The notes: generated from the letters alone by a model not told the origin. A stretch of 64,000 nt of DNA from a virus (IMGVR_UViG_3300048058_000019); one strand, 5' to 3'; numbered from the stretch's first letter, positions 17,429 through 27,204 are shown. Program-made: numbers and translations.

Positions 17429-18196
17429 TTATAAAATCCCAGCGCGCCGGTTCCGTTCAGACTGCTGAACCATCTTACGGATGTCCGAAGACATCTTATC
17501 GGCGTATTCCAGCGGAGTCTTGGCCTTAGCCTTGATATCCAAAATCTCGTTCACGATCTTCTGGCCGTGCTTGTTGGAGGGGTCCCTGTGACCTGCGATG
17601 AAGTCGATCAGGATGTAGCCGCCCCAATGCTGAAGATCGTTCAGATGATCGATCGCCAAGATGATCTTAGAAGGTGTCCTAGCCTCAAACAACTGGACGA
17701 CGGCCTTTGCGATGACAGGATATTTGTCCTTGTCGAATGTCGAGAGGTTGTCTGCGAACTTCTTGGTGTTCGCTTCCTCAGCCTTAGACTTACCCGATTC
17801 CGTATCTCCGCGCATCGACTTGACCATTCCCATCATGTCAAAGCCCATGCCCATTCGAGACATTTTGGCGGAGTCCTTCTTGACATGCTCCGCCAACTCA
17901 TCCTTCATAGTCTTGATCATGTCATCGATGGTCATCGCATTCTTACCATCGGGATGCCAATGGGCAAAACGCGTACGGAGAGCTTCCATGTAGGTCTTCC
18001 TCAAGACCTCAAGGGTCGTCTCGCAGATGGCCTTCTCATCCGGTTCCAATAGATCGAGATTGAGAGTCGCGATCCCATAAAAGTTGTAGAGATCTTCGGG
18101 GGTAACTGCCTTGAACTTGCTAGAGATGTCCATCTCTTTCTCCTTAATGTCCGTGATTGAAACCGTACTTAATCTTAATATCCTTCTTACCCACAC
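17429..18196 (-). CDS. hypothetical protein; paralogue of 25360-26034 (shared ...IDHLNDLQH... domain)
   Basis: 255 aa. Shares with 25360-26034: LYNFYG/VYDFYG, SRMGMGFDMM/SRTGLGFNMM, AIDHLNDLQHWGG/SIDHLNDLQHNCC, AKAKTPLEYADKMSSDIR/FKAKTPREFAGKMSSDVR. Confidence 0.55.
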   Translation of the reverse strand: MWVRRILRLSTVSITDIKEKEMDISSKFKAVTPEDLYNFYGIATLNLDLLEPDEKAICETTLEVLRKTYMEALRTRFAHWHPDGKNAMTIDDMIKTMKDELAEHVKKDSAKMSRMGMGFDMMGMVKSMRGDTESGKSKAEEANTKKFADNLSTFDKDKYPVIAKAVVQLFEARTPSKIILAIDHLNDLQHWGGYILIDFIAGHRDPSNKHGQKIVNEILDIKAKAKTPLEYADKMSSDIRKMVQQSERNRRAGIL

Positions 18197-18428
18197 GGGC
18201 GAAGGTCACAATCTCTTCGTGGGAGCCACAACACCCTGAATCAGCAACCGTTTGGTAGTAGCGCTCTTCTGCCTCGTTCCCAACGCGGGCCACTCGCCAA
18301 GCGTCAACGTAATCAAATACTTGATTTTTCTGGATGGTATCGTGAAAACTCCAAAACCGTCTCTCCCACTTCCTAAATGCATCGATCAGATCCTCCGGCC
18401 AATCTCCAGGGAGTTCGACCAAAATCAT
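18144..18428 (-). CDS. hypothetical protein (94 aa)
   Basis: Minus-strand ORF. Confidence 0.35.
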   Translation of the reverse strand: MILVELPGDWPEDLIDAFRKWERRFWSFHDTIQKNQVFDYVDAWRVARVGNEAEERYYQTVADSGCCGSHEEIVTFARVGKKDIKIKYGFNHGH

Positions 18429-18628
18429 TACTCTACTCTATGGATTCCGTAGAGCTCCGTGAGGCCGAAATAATCGACCATCTCATTCGCCTTCTCATTA
18501 CCCCACTTCTCAGCAACACAGCGGAGAATGGACGATATGAGATTGTGGGTGTATGGCCCCTGGTCCTCACCCACCAAATCCTCAATCTCAATAAAGTAAT
18601 CGTTTGCGGACTTCGCTTTTCTCGTCAT
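18428..18628 (-). CDS. hypothetical protein (66 aa)
   Basis: Minus-strand ORF with 1-nt junctions on both sides. Confidence 0.35.
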   Translation of the reverse strand: MTRKAKSANDYFIEIEDLVGEDQGPYTHNLISSILRCVAEKWGNEKANEMVDYFGLTELYGIHRVE

Positions 18629-18831
18629 TCTTCCACCTTGTGCTTTTCACACACGAATTTGGGATGGTCGGCTAGCTTCTTGGGCTTAGTTGCCCATCCA
18701 CCGACCTCATCAGGATGGGGCTCGCTGTGATAGCGGCTTGTACATTCAGCAATTGCTATCTCACCACAAGTCTTCCCATTGAGGAGAGCTTGACCACAGT
18801 ACTTCCATCGTTCATAAGTCGACACATTCAC
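18625..18831 (-). CDS. hypothetical Cys/His-containing protein (68 aa)
   Basis: Minus-strand ORF. Confidence 0.35.
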   Translation of the reverse strand: MNVSTYERWKYCGQALLNGKTCGEIAIAECTSRYHSEPHPDEVGGWATKPKKLADHPKFVCEKHKVEE

Positions 18832-19223
18832 TCCTGAGGAGTAAGAGATCCGTTTTTGAGGAACTTGGATTTCATCCGGGACACATTCTCTTTGATCTGT
18901 TCACCCAGAACCTCGGAGATGTTAGGAACCGCCAGACTGATCTCTCGCATCCCTCTACCGCGCAGATGATAGTGGAGTTTTTCTCCCTTGACCCGAATAT
19001 CTCCAAGAATATGGGTATTGGGAGAAGGGTATCCAGCGTCTGCAGTGGCTCCTCTGACCTTAAGACTCACCGCAAAAGGATCGATACCAGCGTGTTTGAA
19101 AGCATTTGCGATGATATCCGACAATAAAGCCAGTCCTACCGGGGAATAGTAGGAAAAATTTCCATAATAACTATTCCCCTGCTTATAGTGAACATAGAAG
19201 TCGTCATTAGCAAGTGGTTTCAC
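18828..19223 (-). CDS. hypothetical protein; paralogue of 29312-29719
   Basis: Shared segments: DFYVHYKQ/DFYVQKKW, AFKHAGIDPFAV/AFKKAGIDPNEV, VKGEKLHYHLRGRG/VEGEKLKFQARGRK, RMKSKFLKN/NMKSKYLKK. Confidence 0.5.
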   Translation of the reverse strand: MKPLANDDFYVHYKQGNSYYGNFSYYSPVGLALLSDIIANAFKHAGIDPFAVSLKVRGATADAGYPSPNTHILGDIRVKGEKLHYHLRGRGMREISLAVPNISEVLGEQIKENVSRMKSKFLKNGSLTPQE

Positions 19224-19225
19224 TA

Positions 19226-20005
19226 TTACTCCTTGTTCAGAAGTCGTCGGCCAATTGCGACAGGCAGACTAGGAAATTCATCTTTCTCGTCACAACACTG
19301 ACGATGGAGAGTGTAGCCAGGCTTGGATTTGAGTAACTTTCCACACCTCATGCACTCCAAGTCCTTGAACTCGGGGAGGAATTTATCAGCGAATTCTCCC
19401 AACTCGGAGAGAGGAAGCTTCTGTGCCAGAAAACTCACCATCTTCGACCCAACCTGCTGGCGGAGTCTGGTCCCCGGCGCGATCCATTTCTTCTCTGCCA
19501 AAACCTTGAGGCGATCAGCGGGGAATCGCTCGATGATAGCTTTCATCTGCGCCCAATCCCAGCTGGAAGCATACTCAGAAAACTTAACGTTCGCCAGAGC
19601 AACTTCAAGTACTTCAATATCAAGGTATTTAATACTACTTGCCTCAAGCATATAGAGCTTGCTGGGGGCAAGCGTTAGCAAATTGGACTTTCCGGCCTCT
19701 ACCAGACGAGGTGCGATGGTCTTGTAAGCGTAGTTGGCGTTCCAGTTGGTGGATCCCTCAATAGTCTTCATAACTTCTTCAGCTTGAGGGCTGGTGACAT
19801 CAACGGCTTTCGCCACATCGTTGATATGGCGATCATCGGTCAAGAAATACTTGCACATTTCGGGCTGACTTTCAAGAATCTTGCCCATGTTCCGCTGAGC
19901 ATATTCCATCACAGCGTCATCGAAGAACTTGAAGTCGAAATTCGGGTCGGCCAACAGCCGAGCGTACTTGCTACTCTCGCGATCGAGTGCCATCTCTTCC
20001 TCCAT
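19226..20005 (-). CDS. hypothetical protein (about 259 aa)
   Basis: Start trimmed to the internal Met (MEEEMALDRE) to avoid a 59-nt overlap with the next gene. Confidence 0.5.
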   Translation of the reverse strand: MEEEMALDRESSKYARLLADPNFDFKFFDDAVMEYAQRNMGKILESQPEMCKYFLTDDRHINDVAKAVDVTSPQAEEVMKTIEGSTNWNANYAYKTIAPRLVEAGKSNLLTLAPSKLYMLEASSIKYLDIEVLEVALANVKFSEYASSWDWAQMKAIIERFPADRLKVLAEKKWIAPGTRLRQQVGSKMVSFLAQKLPLSELGEFADKFLPEFKDLECMRCGKLLKSKPGYTLHRQCCDEKDEFPSLPVAIGRRLLNKE

Positions 20006-20006
20006 T

Positions 20007-20297
20007 CTACAAACAGTGAATTTTAACAGCCTTGATTGCTTTCTCGAAGAAATCAGGGTCAGCAAGATTCATTTGTCGAAATTCTGGCCGCATCACCCAA
20101 CCACTCTTTGTTGGGGGGCCATAACAAGTTACCTTAACAACATCGCCCTTTCCAGGTTGGGGAAATTGGAAAATAATGCCGCCTTTTACATCCTTCAGAG
20201 AGTGGACAGCGACTTTATACTTCTGATCATAGGATCCTTGGATTCCCATATCTAGCTGGGACCACAACTCTTGGGCGGCTAGGCGGCTTAAGTCCAT
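20007..20297 (-). CDS. hypothetical protein, DPxFF-motif family member (96 aa)
   Basis: C-terminus NLADPDFFEKAIKAVKIHCL. Confidence 0.5.
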   Translation of the reverse strand: MDLSRLAAQELWSQLDMGIQGSYDQKYKVAVHSLKDVKGGIIFQFPQPGKGDVVKVTCYGPPTKSGWVMRPEFRQMNLADPDFFEKAIKAVKIHCL

Positions 20298-20304
20298 CTG
20301 TGTG

Positions 20305-20592
20305 TTACGTTAGAAACTTGTTAATCATATCCATGGCTTTTTCAAAAAACCTGGGATCGGAAATATGGAGGTTGACGGGCTCCTTCTTGCGCGAAGTCAC
20401 AATGACTGTTCCAGGTTTGTACTTCCAGTGACGGAAGTAGAGCACCATCTCATCAGGACCGTGATTCACATGTCGTTTAGACATGAGACTCAACTTCCTT
20501 CCATCAAGGGTCAAGGTCGCTCCACAACCCTTAGGGATCATGCGCCACAGAGCGTCAGCCGCTATGTGGATCAAATCAGGCTCTTTTGTCAT
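20305..20592 (-). CDS. hypothetical protein, DPxFF-motif family member (95 aa), tandem to 20007-20297
   Basis: C-terminus HISDPRFFEKAMDMINKFLT. Confidence 0.5.
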   Translation of the reverse strand: MTKEPDLIHIAADALWRMIPKGCGATLTLDGRKLSLMSKRHVNHGPDEMVLYFRHWKYKPGTVIVTSRKKEPVNLHISDPRFFEKAMDMINKFLT

Positions 20593-20659
20593 GGTTATAG
20601 ATGGGAGGCTGGACGTTCTTACGAGCCGCCCAGCCTCCCGAGCATGGAGGAGAGCGGAT

Positions 20660-21898
20660 TTACAAGCTGATCAGGATCTTATCCCCGAAAGGAGGCTTGG
20701 CGTCCTCGGTGAGAAGCCACACAACCGGCGTCGGTGGAACCTCAGGAGGCCAACGTCCAACCTGCCCGTCAGTGAGAACCACAAGGATGTTGTTGAACAA
20801 GTGGTTTTCCTTGAGATAGGCGAACAGGTGAACAACATTTGTTCCACAACCACCCTTGGCCGGGATCTTTCTCCAGTCGCCCCGGTGATATCTCTTTGCG
20901 GGCATCTGGATCTTAGCGTCCCAAAGCACGAGGGAGATCTTGAAACGGTGGCTTGCAGCTTCCACTTCCGTGAAGAGTTGTTCGAGCATTTTGACGTTGC
21001 TGGCCACCGAACTGGAGACGTCGACCGCGAGGAGGAGCGGCACGGACGCGTGGTTGGAACGTCCAGCAAAGCCGAAGAGGTCAATGCGGCGGTTGCGCCG
21101 AGCGAAGGTCTTACGCTTGCCGCCCAGCTGACGACCGCAGAACTGACGGAACAAATACTTCCAGTTGACCTTCGGATCTTGAAGCTGCTCAATAGCATCT
21201 TTCAGGTGGCCTGGAGCCGAACCAGCTTTCTTGCTGGCCTGCTCAACCATGTCCTTGACGATCTGGCGGGTCTCTTCCTCACCGATTTCCGACTCTTCCC
21301 AGATGTCGTGATTGTCAACCGTCGTGCCCGAAATGACCTTCTGTCCAGGCTTCGGTTTCTTCTTGCCGCTGGCGAGATCACCACCCGGCATGTCGATGAA
21401 GATTTTCTTCTGGTTCTTGTCGAGCCAGTCGTAGACTTCCTCGTAGGTCGAGTTATTCTCGGGCGAGAGATCGCCCTCGGGGAAGTAAAGGGGCGGAGCT
21501 TCCGTCGTCTTGTTTCCGCCTTCATCGAAGACCGGAATCATCGGCAGGTTTTCGATGTTGGGCTTACTCTCGGGGCCATTCACGCACATATCCGCAGCCG
21601 TGTTGGCCATTTCGTGGTCTCGCGCACCATGACGAGTGATGTGCAGGCGAACGATATGCTCAATTTCGTGCTGAATTACCGCCATCAGAGCGTCAATCTC
21701 TCCAATGGCATCAACAAAAGGTCCTGACCATCGACACTCGACCCGGCCTCCGGCAATCATACGGACGCCCATGGTCCCAACCTTGTCGTCGCGCTTCCAC
21801 TCCATGAGGGATGCCATCGTGCCATACCAAACGTGCATGGTCACCAGACGGCATCGCGCCTTCATGATGAGGTCTTCAGCGCTGTCGTACATACCCAT
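20660..21898 (-). CDS. vWA-domain protein with N-terminal HExxH putative metallopeptidase domain (CoxE/DUF2201-like partner of a MoxR ATPase)
   Basis: HEIEHIVRLH (HExxH) sits in the N-terminal half; the C-terminal half has vWA-like features (ILVVLTDGQ). It lies immediately downstream of the AAA+ ATPase. Confidence 0.7.
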   Translation of the reverse strand: MGMYDSAEDLIMKARCRLVTMHVWYGTMASLMEWKRDDKVGTMGVRMIAGGRVECRWSGPFVDAIGEIDALMAVIQHEIEHIVRLHITRHGARDHEMANTAADMCVNGPESKPNIENLPMIPVFDEGGNKTTEAPPLYFPEGDLSPENNSTYEEVYDWLDKNQKKIFIDMPGGDLASGKKKPKPGQKVISGTTVDNHDIWEESEIGEEETRQIVKDMVEQASKKAGSAPGHLKDAIEQLQDPKVNWKYLFRQFCGRQLGGKRKTFARRNRRIDLFGFAGRSNHASVPLLLAVDVSSSVASNVKMLEQLFTEVEAASHRFKISLVLWDAKIQMPAKRYHRGDWRKIPAKGGCGTNVVHLFAYLKENHLFNNILVVLTDGQVGRWPPEVPPTPVVWLLTEDAKPPFGDKILISL

Positions 21899-21900
21899 TA

Positions 21901-22131
21901 CTAACTCTCCTCCACATGTCTGCGTAGTTTACGCTTAACTTGCTTACGCGTTGGTTTCGATCCTATCCAAAGGATCGTCGGGTCTTCATCCTCTAGCGGA
22001 GCTGGAGGTTTAACACCAGGATAGATCCTGCTCAGGTAGCCGAGTTTGGCGTGCTTAACCCTGCCCTTCTCGAGCAGATCGGCAACTTCGGTTCCCAACC
22101 CACAGGATCCTTCGAAGTAAAAAGCGAACAT
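21901..22131 (-). CDS. hypothetical protein (76 aa)
   Basis: Minus-strand ORF. Confidence 0.35.
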   Translation of the reverse strand: MFAFYFEGSCGLGTEVADLLEKGRVKHAKLGYLSRIYPGVKPPAPLEDEDPTILWIGSKPTRKQVKRKLRRHVEES

Positions 22132-22148
22132 CTCTCCTCCAATTGCTC

Positions 22149-22661
22149 TTAGTGACTGGCTCGTTGCAGAGCACGTTTAATCTCCTCAACGGAGATCTCG
22201 TGTGTCTTTTGAGCCAAGATTCGTTCAATGTTGGCAGTGTGATCTTGATCGGGGTCACCACAACTCTGGAGATGCTCAAGGAACTGATCTGTAAATCTGC
22301 GCATCCTCATCTTGATGTTAGCAAGAACCTTTTGAGCGATCTCGTAATTCCCCTCAAGAGCAGTTGCTATTTCCTTGAGATGAATTTCCTCCACGTATTC
22401 GTCGGCAGCACCTTGCGTTAAAATGATGTCGGGATCTCGATGAGCCTCAGGGTTATTCCAAAAGGCGTCCGCCATTTCGCGAACCAGTCGCGAGGAGGCT
22501 GTCTTGTGGTGAATGTTACTCACCACAGTTTCAGCGATGTCGTCAAAATCGTCCAGCATATTTGGTCTCCAGTGTGGTACATTATTTCTGCTCACCGGCA
22601 AGCCGGTGACGGGTAGCTCCGTGCTCTCCTCAGTGCGGAGTCCACAGTATCTACCCGCCAC
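22149..22661 (-). CDS. hypothetical protein (170 aa)
   Basis: Minus-strand ORF located between the AAA+ and vWA genes. Confidence 0.5.
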   Translation of the reverse strand: MAGRYCGLRTEESTELPVTGLPVSRNNVPHWRPNMLDDFDDIAETVVSNIHHKTASSRLVREMADAFWNNPEAHRDPDIILTQGAADEYVEEIHLKEIATALEGNYEIAQKVLANIKMRMRRFTDQFLEHLQSCGDPDQDHTANIERILAQKTHEISVEEIKRALQRASH

Positions 22662-22675
22662 CGGCTCATATTCGT

Positions 22676-24034
22676 TTAGCTCCCGTAAGAGACCTTCGAC
22701 ATGAGCTTCTGCAGCTCGGGGCGAGCGCTGATGGCAGCGATCCAGGAATTGGTCTTATCGGGCTTGTACCGAGCGGCCATCTTGGCGAGATGGACGTTGG
22801 AAAGCACCGCACCACCGAGGTTGACCGTTTCCTTCTCGACCAGAGTGCGGCCGAGCATGACCGCGAGGTCGCGCTCTGCGCGCTTGGCCACCAACTCCAT
22901 GAAGTCCAGCGTGTTGGTGATCAGCTTCTCCCGATCCTTACCCTTCACACCCTTGGTGTCCGCGAAGCGGTCCTTCGCGTGGGAGGCCACGCCCCAGACC
23001 AGACCGACCATCTGGTTCCGGTTGAAGCCCTTGAGCTTCGCGTCGATGGCCTTGAGACCCTTGTCCAGCACGTCACCCGGGGTGACTTCGACGCTGAACC
23101 GCTCGAACGCGTTGGCGAGATCGCGACCCACGATCCCGGCGAGGACTTCGCGGATTGCTTCCTTCGGATAGTTGCGGCGCTCGACCTCTTGAGCCACGCG
23201 GCCTACGAATTCCCAAGAGCGCGGGGACGACATGACAGTGAAACCGAGGTCACCGTCGATCTTGCCCATCAAGTTGTTCTTGTCGTAGGTCACGAACTGC
23301 AGGACCTTGTCGCCGACAGGACCCTTGAGCTTCTGAGTCATGTAATCCGACCAGTCGGCCACATAACCCTCGTCCACCGAGACGACCACGTGGCAGAACC
23401 TGTCGAGGAACGCCGGGTCGTTAAAGGTGTTGACGTTGTAACCGGTCTGGTAGTTTCCAGCGCAGGTCACACTCCAGCCCGAAGGCATGGTGTACCGACC
23501 GAGCTGACGGTCCAGAACCAGCTGGAAGCAGGCCTGAAGCACGTCGTCGTCGGCGCGGTTGAGCTCGTCCAGGAAGAGGATTCCTTCGTGGAGGATGATG
23601 ACGATTCCGTCATCCTTATCCGTCTTGGGCTGGTTCTTGTGACCATTCGGACAAACCGTGGGGATCTCCTTGGTGAGGGCATAACTGCCGTTCTCACCGA
23701 AGGTTCCGTGCCAACGGCCTCGAGGCCCGTTCTTCACAGGCGCGTCGGCGCATTCCAAACAGAGGAACTCTCCGTGCGGGAGATCCTCAGGCGGGCAGTA
23801 AATCGTGAGGCCGTTCTGTCGGTCGGGGAGACCGCGCAGATCGGACGATTCGATCTGACTGGCACGGAAATCCACAAACCCCCAAGGCCGCTTCGTGCCC
23901 GAATGCTTCGGGGCCTCTTGACACAGCTGCCTTACGAGGGAGCTCTTACCCAAGCCTCGGTGGCCCCACATGAACATGGCCACACCGGAATTGCGACAGA
24001 GCCGAGTCGCATGCTTGGTCATCGTAACGTTCAT
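22676..24034 (-). CDS. MoxR/AAA_5-like AAA+ ATPase with a Cys-rich insertion
   Basis: Walker A GHRGLGKSSLV; Walker B ILFLDELNRAD. About 90 aa between them contain CPPEDLPHGEFLCLECADAP...CPNGH. Confidence 0.75.
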   Translation of the reverse strand: MNVTMTKHATRLCRNSGVAMFMWGHRGLGKSSLVRQLCQEAPKHSGTKRPWGFVDFRASQIESSDLRGLPDRQNGLTIYCPPEDLPHGEFLCLECADAPVKNGPRGRWHGTFGENGSYALTKEIPTVCPNGHKNQPKTDKDDGIVIILHEGILFLDELNRADDDVLQACFQLVLDRQLGRYTMPSGWSVTCAGNYQTGYNVNTFNDPAFLDRFCHVVVSVDEGYVADWSDYMTQKLKGPVGDKVLQFVTYDKNNLMGKIDGDLGFTVMSSPRSWEFVGRVAQEVERRNYPKEAIREVLAGIVGRDLANAFERFSVEVTPGDVLDKGLKAIDAKLKGFNRNQMVGLVWGVASHAKDRFADTKGVKGKDREKLITNTLDFMELVAKRAERDLAVMLGRTLVEKETVNLGGAVLSNVHLAKMAARYKPDKTNSWIAAISARPELQKLMSKVSYGS

Positions 24035-24168
24035 CGGTCATTCTCCTCCAGAGAAAGATTCAAATACCTATCACGTCGCACCCATTCCCAAGCTCCAATG
24101 CGTGGGTCATATTCATATGAGAGCGAGCGATCAAACCATTTCCTCAAGAACGAAAAAAGCGCCAACAT
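24031..24168 (-). CDS. possible small leader ORF (MLALFSFLRKWFDRSLSYEYDPRIGAWEWVRRDRYLNLSLEENDR)
   Basis: Internal Met of track ORF 24031-24291; its stop overlaps the ATPase start codon. Speculative. Confidence 0.2.
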   Translation of the reverse strand: MLALFSFLRKWFDRSLSYEYDPRIGAWEWVRRDRYLNLSLEENDR

Positions 24169-24268
24169 CTTACCTCTCATTAAACCTCCATGAGACAGTC
24201 GCCACACGCCCCATCCCACCACGCGCCGCGAGGGCGGGCAATCATGGGTTGGCTGCGACGGCCAGATC

Positions 24269-25360
24269 TTACAATTTCGCCTTACAGGCACGTTGAACTT
24301 TCACACGCAGATATTCATCCTCTTTATCGACTTCAGTCAATTCTGAGCCTTTAAAGATATGAAGACCATCTCTGGTCGAGTACCGCTCCGGTTCAGTTTT
24401 GTACATGCTGAGATCGAATGGCCTCTTTCTCACTTTCTCCTGCAAGGCTGGTAGCTTCTGCCAGTTAACATAACCTTGGCCCCCATAGGGGTTAGCTTCC
24501 ACCGCTCCTTTGACTTTCGACCAGTCGATGATGTAATAATTCTTGACTTTTTTTACCTCATCATCACCAATGAGGACGTAATCACGAAGACCAGTTGGGT
24601 TCCTGTGACTCCACCCATAGGAAAAGACTAGAATTGGTTTGTAGCTTGGGTTGGCCAGAACCGCCGATTCAATCTTTTCCGACTGAGACACGAATCGATA
24701 GATCTCATCCCCCACATCCTCGAAGTAAATCATTGAATGCTTCGCATACTCATCGATACCACTAAGGTTGAAGGGACGTTTCTTGGCGCGGCCTAAGATG
24801 AGGGAGGAATGCTGCTTGAGGATGCCGAGAACTCGCGCGGCTTTATTCAGACTGCCTAACTCTCGCTTGAGAGAGTCCCAGGTCGGATTAGGTAGAAACT
24901 TGTCATCGAAGTAATACGGTACCGAGAGGCCGTCAAAACGAACCTTCACATACCTACCGCGTCGGTCCTTATGCACGGAGGGACCTACAGACAATTTCTC
25001 TGTCTTGTAGGTCTTGTCATCCTGGGTTAGTTCGATATACTCCGCATTCCCGCGAAGCCAGTGCAGGGTCTCGGTGAGAGAGAGATTGATCACCATCTCA
25101 TGAACAAGATGACCGTCCTGGGGTCTAAGATCCATTCCAATCTTGAGCGGACCAGATATGAGTTCAGGTCCCGAGTCTGCAATATAGACGCTATATTGGA
25201 AGTTGTAGAATGCATCGGAAATTGATTTCGACGCTTCGAAGTCATGAAGCGGCGTAGTAGCCCTTACGAGCACCGGCTTCGGATTCGAATCCTTGACCGG
25301 ATGGGGACCATATACCTTGAATAGACCCCGCTCACCTCGGAGGTTAGAGAATTGTTCCAT
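24269..25360 (-). CDS. hypothetical protein (363 aa)
   Basis: Long minus-strand ORF; no motif recognised. Confidence 0.55.
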   Translation of the reverse strand: MEQFSNLRGERGLFKVYGPHPVKDSNPKPVLVRATTPLHDFEASKSISDAFYNFQYSVYIADSGPELISGPLKIGMDLRPQDGHLVHEMVINLSLTETLHWLRGNAEYIELTQDDKTYKTEKLSVGPSVHKDRRGRYVKVRFDGLSVPYYFDDKFLPNPTWDSLKRELGSLNKAARVLGILKQHSSLILGRAKKRPFNLSGIDEYAKHSMIYFEDVGDEIYRFVSQSEKIESAVLANPSYKPILVFSYGWSHRNPTGLRDYVLIGDDEVKKVKNYYIIDWSKVKGAVEANPYGGQGYVNWQKLPALQEKVRKRPFDLSMYKTEPERYSTRDGLHIFKGSELTEVDKEDEYLRVKVQRACKAKL

Positions 25361-26034
25361 TAGATGATCCTATACTGCTTAAGGAAGTTGCGTACATCAC
25401 TGGACATCTTACCGGCAAACTCACGAGGAGTCTTGGCCTTGAACTTCTCATTGAGAACTGCCTGAACGGCGTTGTGGTTGCTGCCACCACCACCGCGAGT
25501 ACCGGTCAGATCGAAAATGACGTGGCAACAGTTATGTTGCAGATCATTCAAATGGTCGATAGACTCAATAATGGCCTTGTTGGACTTCGCCTTCTCAATG
25601 GCTAGGAAGGCTTCGCTGATCACAGCCCAAGGCTCGCCACCAAACGCGGACATTGACTTACCCTGCTTGGAGCGGAAAGCATCAGCTGCTCCCGCCATCT
25701 TGTCCTTGGGTTTATTATGTTCTTTGTGCTCGGACTTGATCAGCTCCATCATGTTGAAGCCGAGCCCCGTTCGCGACATCGAAGCAGCCTGAGCCTTGAT
25801 CTGCTCATCCATCTTGCCCTTCATGTCGCGAAGCATGGCTTCGATACTGGCACCGGCTACATCTAGACTCATGTAACCAGCTTCCTCTATGATGCGCTTC
25901 TTGAGCGTCTTAACGTAAGCCTGTTGGATTTCAGTCAGATAGAAACTGAAGAGATTCTTACCCTCCTCATCTAGGGTTTTCTCGTCAATGACGGAGAGGC
26001 CGTAGAAGTCGTATACATCACTTACTTTCAGCAT
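25360..26034 (-). CDS. hypothetical protein; paralogue of 17429-18196
   Basis: See 17429-18196. Start trimmed to MLKVSDVYDFYG, which aligns with the paralogue's MDISSKFKAVTPEDLYNFYG. Confidence 0.55.
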   Translation of the reverse strand: MLKVSDVYDFYGLSVIDEKTLDEEGKNLFSFYLTEIQQAYVKTLKKRIIEEAGYMSLDVAGASIEAMLRDMKGKMDEQIKAQAASMSRTGLGFNMMELIKSEHKEHNKPKDKMAGAADAFRSKQGKSMSAFGGEPWAVISEAFLAIEKAKSNKAIIESIDHLNDLQHNCCHVIFDLTGTRGGGGSNHNAVQAVLNEKFKAKTPREFAGKMSSDVRNFLKQYRII

Positions 26035-26275
26035 CTTTCTTCTTCCTTCCGAACAGGTCTTCACGGATTTCTTTGAGTCCCGCCAGCTTATCTCCAAGCT
26101 CTTGAGCTGATTTGAGTCCAGCCGCTACCTTTCGCCACCTTGCTCGCTCGCCCCGGTAGCGCTTAAGAAAAGCAACAGCTCGACTTAGAAGGAGGGTCTC
26201 GGCATTCTCCATGCCGTCTTTGAGGCCGATGAGGCCCTCAATGACCTCGTCTATTTCTTTTTCTTTCACGTTCAT
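26018..26275 (-). CDS. hypothetical small helical protein (85 aa)
   Basis: Minus-strand ORF. Confidence 0.35.
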   Translation of the reverse strand: MNVKEKEIDEVIEGLIGLKDGMENAETLLLSRAVAFLKRYRGERARWRKVAAGLKSAQELGDKLAGLKEIREDLFGRKKKDAESK

Positions 26276-26519
26276 GCTCCTCCATAGCGTCAGCCATTTT
26301 AGGTCCTGTAATTCCTAAGATCTCTAACCCCCAAATGGGCTCCATCTTACGAAACTTGGGGCTTGTCTTCTCAAGAAGAAGACGGTCGAGTTTCGCTTGA
26401 CCGCGACACTCTGCTTCCTTCCAACGATTCCCTAATCTAAGGAAAGGTTGGCGTCCTCGAGCCTCGAAATTCGCAGCATAACTGGGGGCCACGATCTTGA
26501 AATTAGGCTCCTGCATCAT
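26238..26519 (-). CDS. small protein of the N-F-K-I-x-A-P motif family (MMQEPNFKIVAPSYAANFE..., 93 aa)
   Basis: The motif sits at residues 6-12. Confidence 0.45.
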   Translation of the reverse strand: MMQEPNFKIVAPSYAANFEARGRQPFLRLGNRWKEAECRGQAKLDRLLLEKTSPKFRKMEPIWGLEILGITGPKMADAMEEHERERKRNRRGH

Positions 26520-27204
26520 CCAGCTTCTTGAAGATCCGATCTCTCAGATCTCGGGCAACTGCCGCTCGACGGACGTCGTGAGACTCGTCAGCGTCATATT
26601 CTCCATGCTTGTAAAGCCGGTTTAGGTTCCGACCGGAAAACGCCATACGGACTTTGCCCGCTTCCTTCTTGTCCATGATGTGGAAGATACCCTCGATGGC
26701 ACGTCCCGACATCTCAGCAAAATCCATGCGCACTTTCTCGTTCATCTCCCCGGGTTTGAAGACCTCTCCGTAGTGACGGAGAGCTTCACCCAGAACCTCG
26801 GACTCTTCTAGGTTCACGAAGAGGGAGACCAAGGAGTTAACAGCGGGCATTACGGGCTCCGCCCCAGGAATGATGATCTTAGGAGTCGAGGGGACCGCAG
26901 CCGGAGCCGCAGTTGGCACAGGAGCAGGGGCCACAGGCGGCGGCTTGACACCCATCCGCTCGGCCATCTCCTCGAAGGAGAAGATGTTCTTACCAGTTTT
27001 GGTCTGCCACTTCTCGTCGGCAGCCTTCGGGTCTTTCTCGTCGTAGCCCGGTTCATCCTTAGTAGAAGTCCGGATGACAACCTCGCGGCTACAATTACAG
27101 GTAATGTGCCGCTCGATCATCTTCTTTCCATTCTCTTCGATTTCCGCGCAGGGCCAATCGAAGATTCGGTGGTTGATACCACACGTGCAGAAGATCTTCA
27201 TCAC
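26503..27204 (-). CDS. hypothetical protein with N-terminal Cys cluster (233 aa)
   Basis: MMKIFCTCGINHRIFDWPC...CNCSREV at the N-terminus, then a Pro/Ala-rich linker. Confidence 0.5.
   Translation of the reverse strand: MMKIFCTCGINHRIFDWPCAEIEENGKKMIERHITCNCSREVVIRTSTKDEPGYDEKDPKAADEKWQTKTGKNIFSFEEMAERMGVKPPPVAPAPVPTAAPAAVPSTPKIIIPGAEPVMPAVNSLVSLFVNLEESEVLGEALRHYGEVFKPGEMNEKVRMDFAEMSGRAIEGIFHIMDKKEAGKVRMAFSGRNLNRLYKHGEYDADESHDVRRAAVARDLRDRIFKKLDDAGA

Noticed and set aside
20483-21727. 414-aa plus-strand ORF
   Set aside because: Antisense to the vWA/HExxH gene 20660-21898. It has no motifs and is Arg/Leu-rich shadow sequence.
22790-24193. 467-aa plus-strand ORF
   Set aside because: Antisense to the AAA+ ATPase, which has Walker A and B motifs. 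Shadow ORF.
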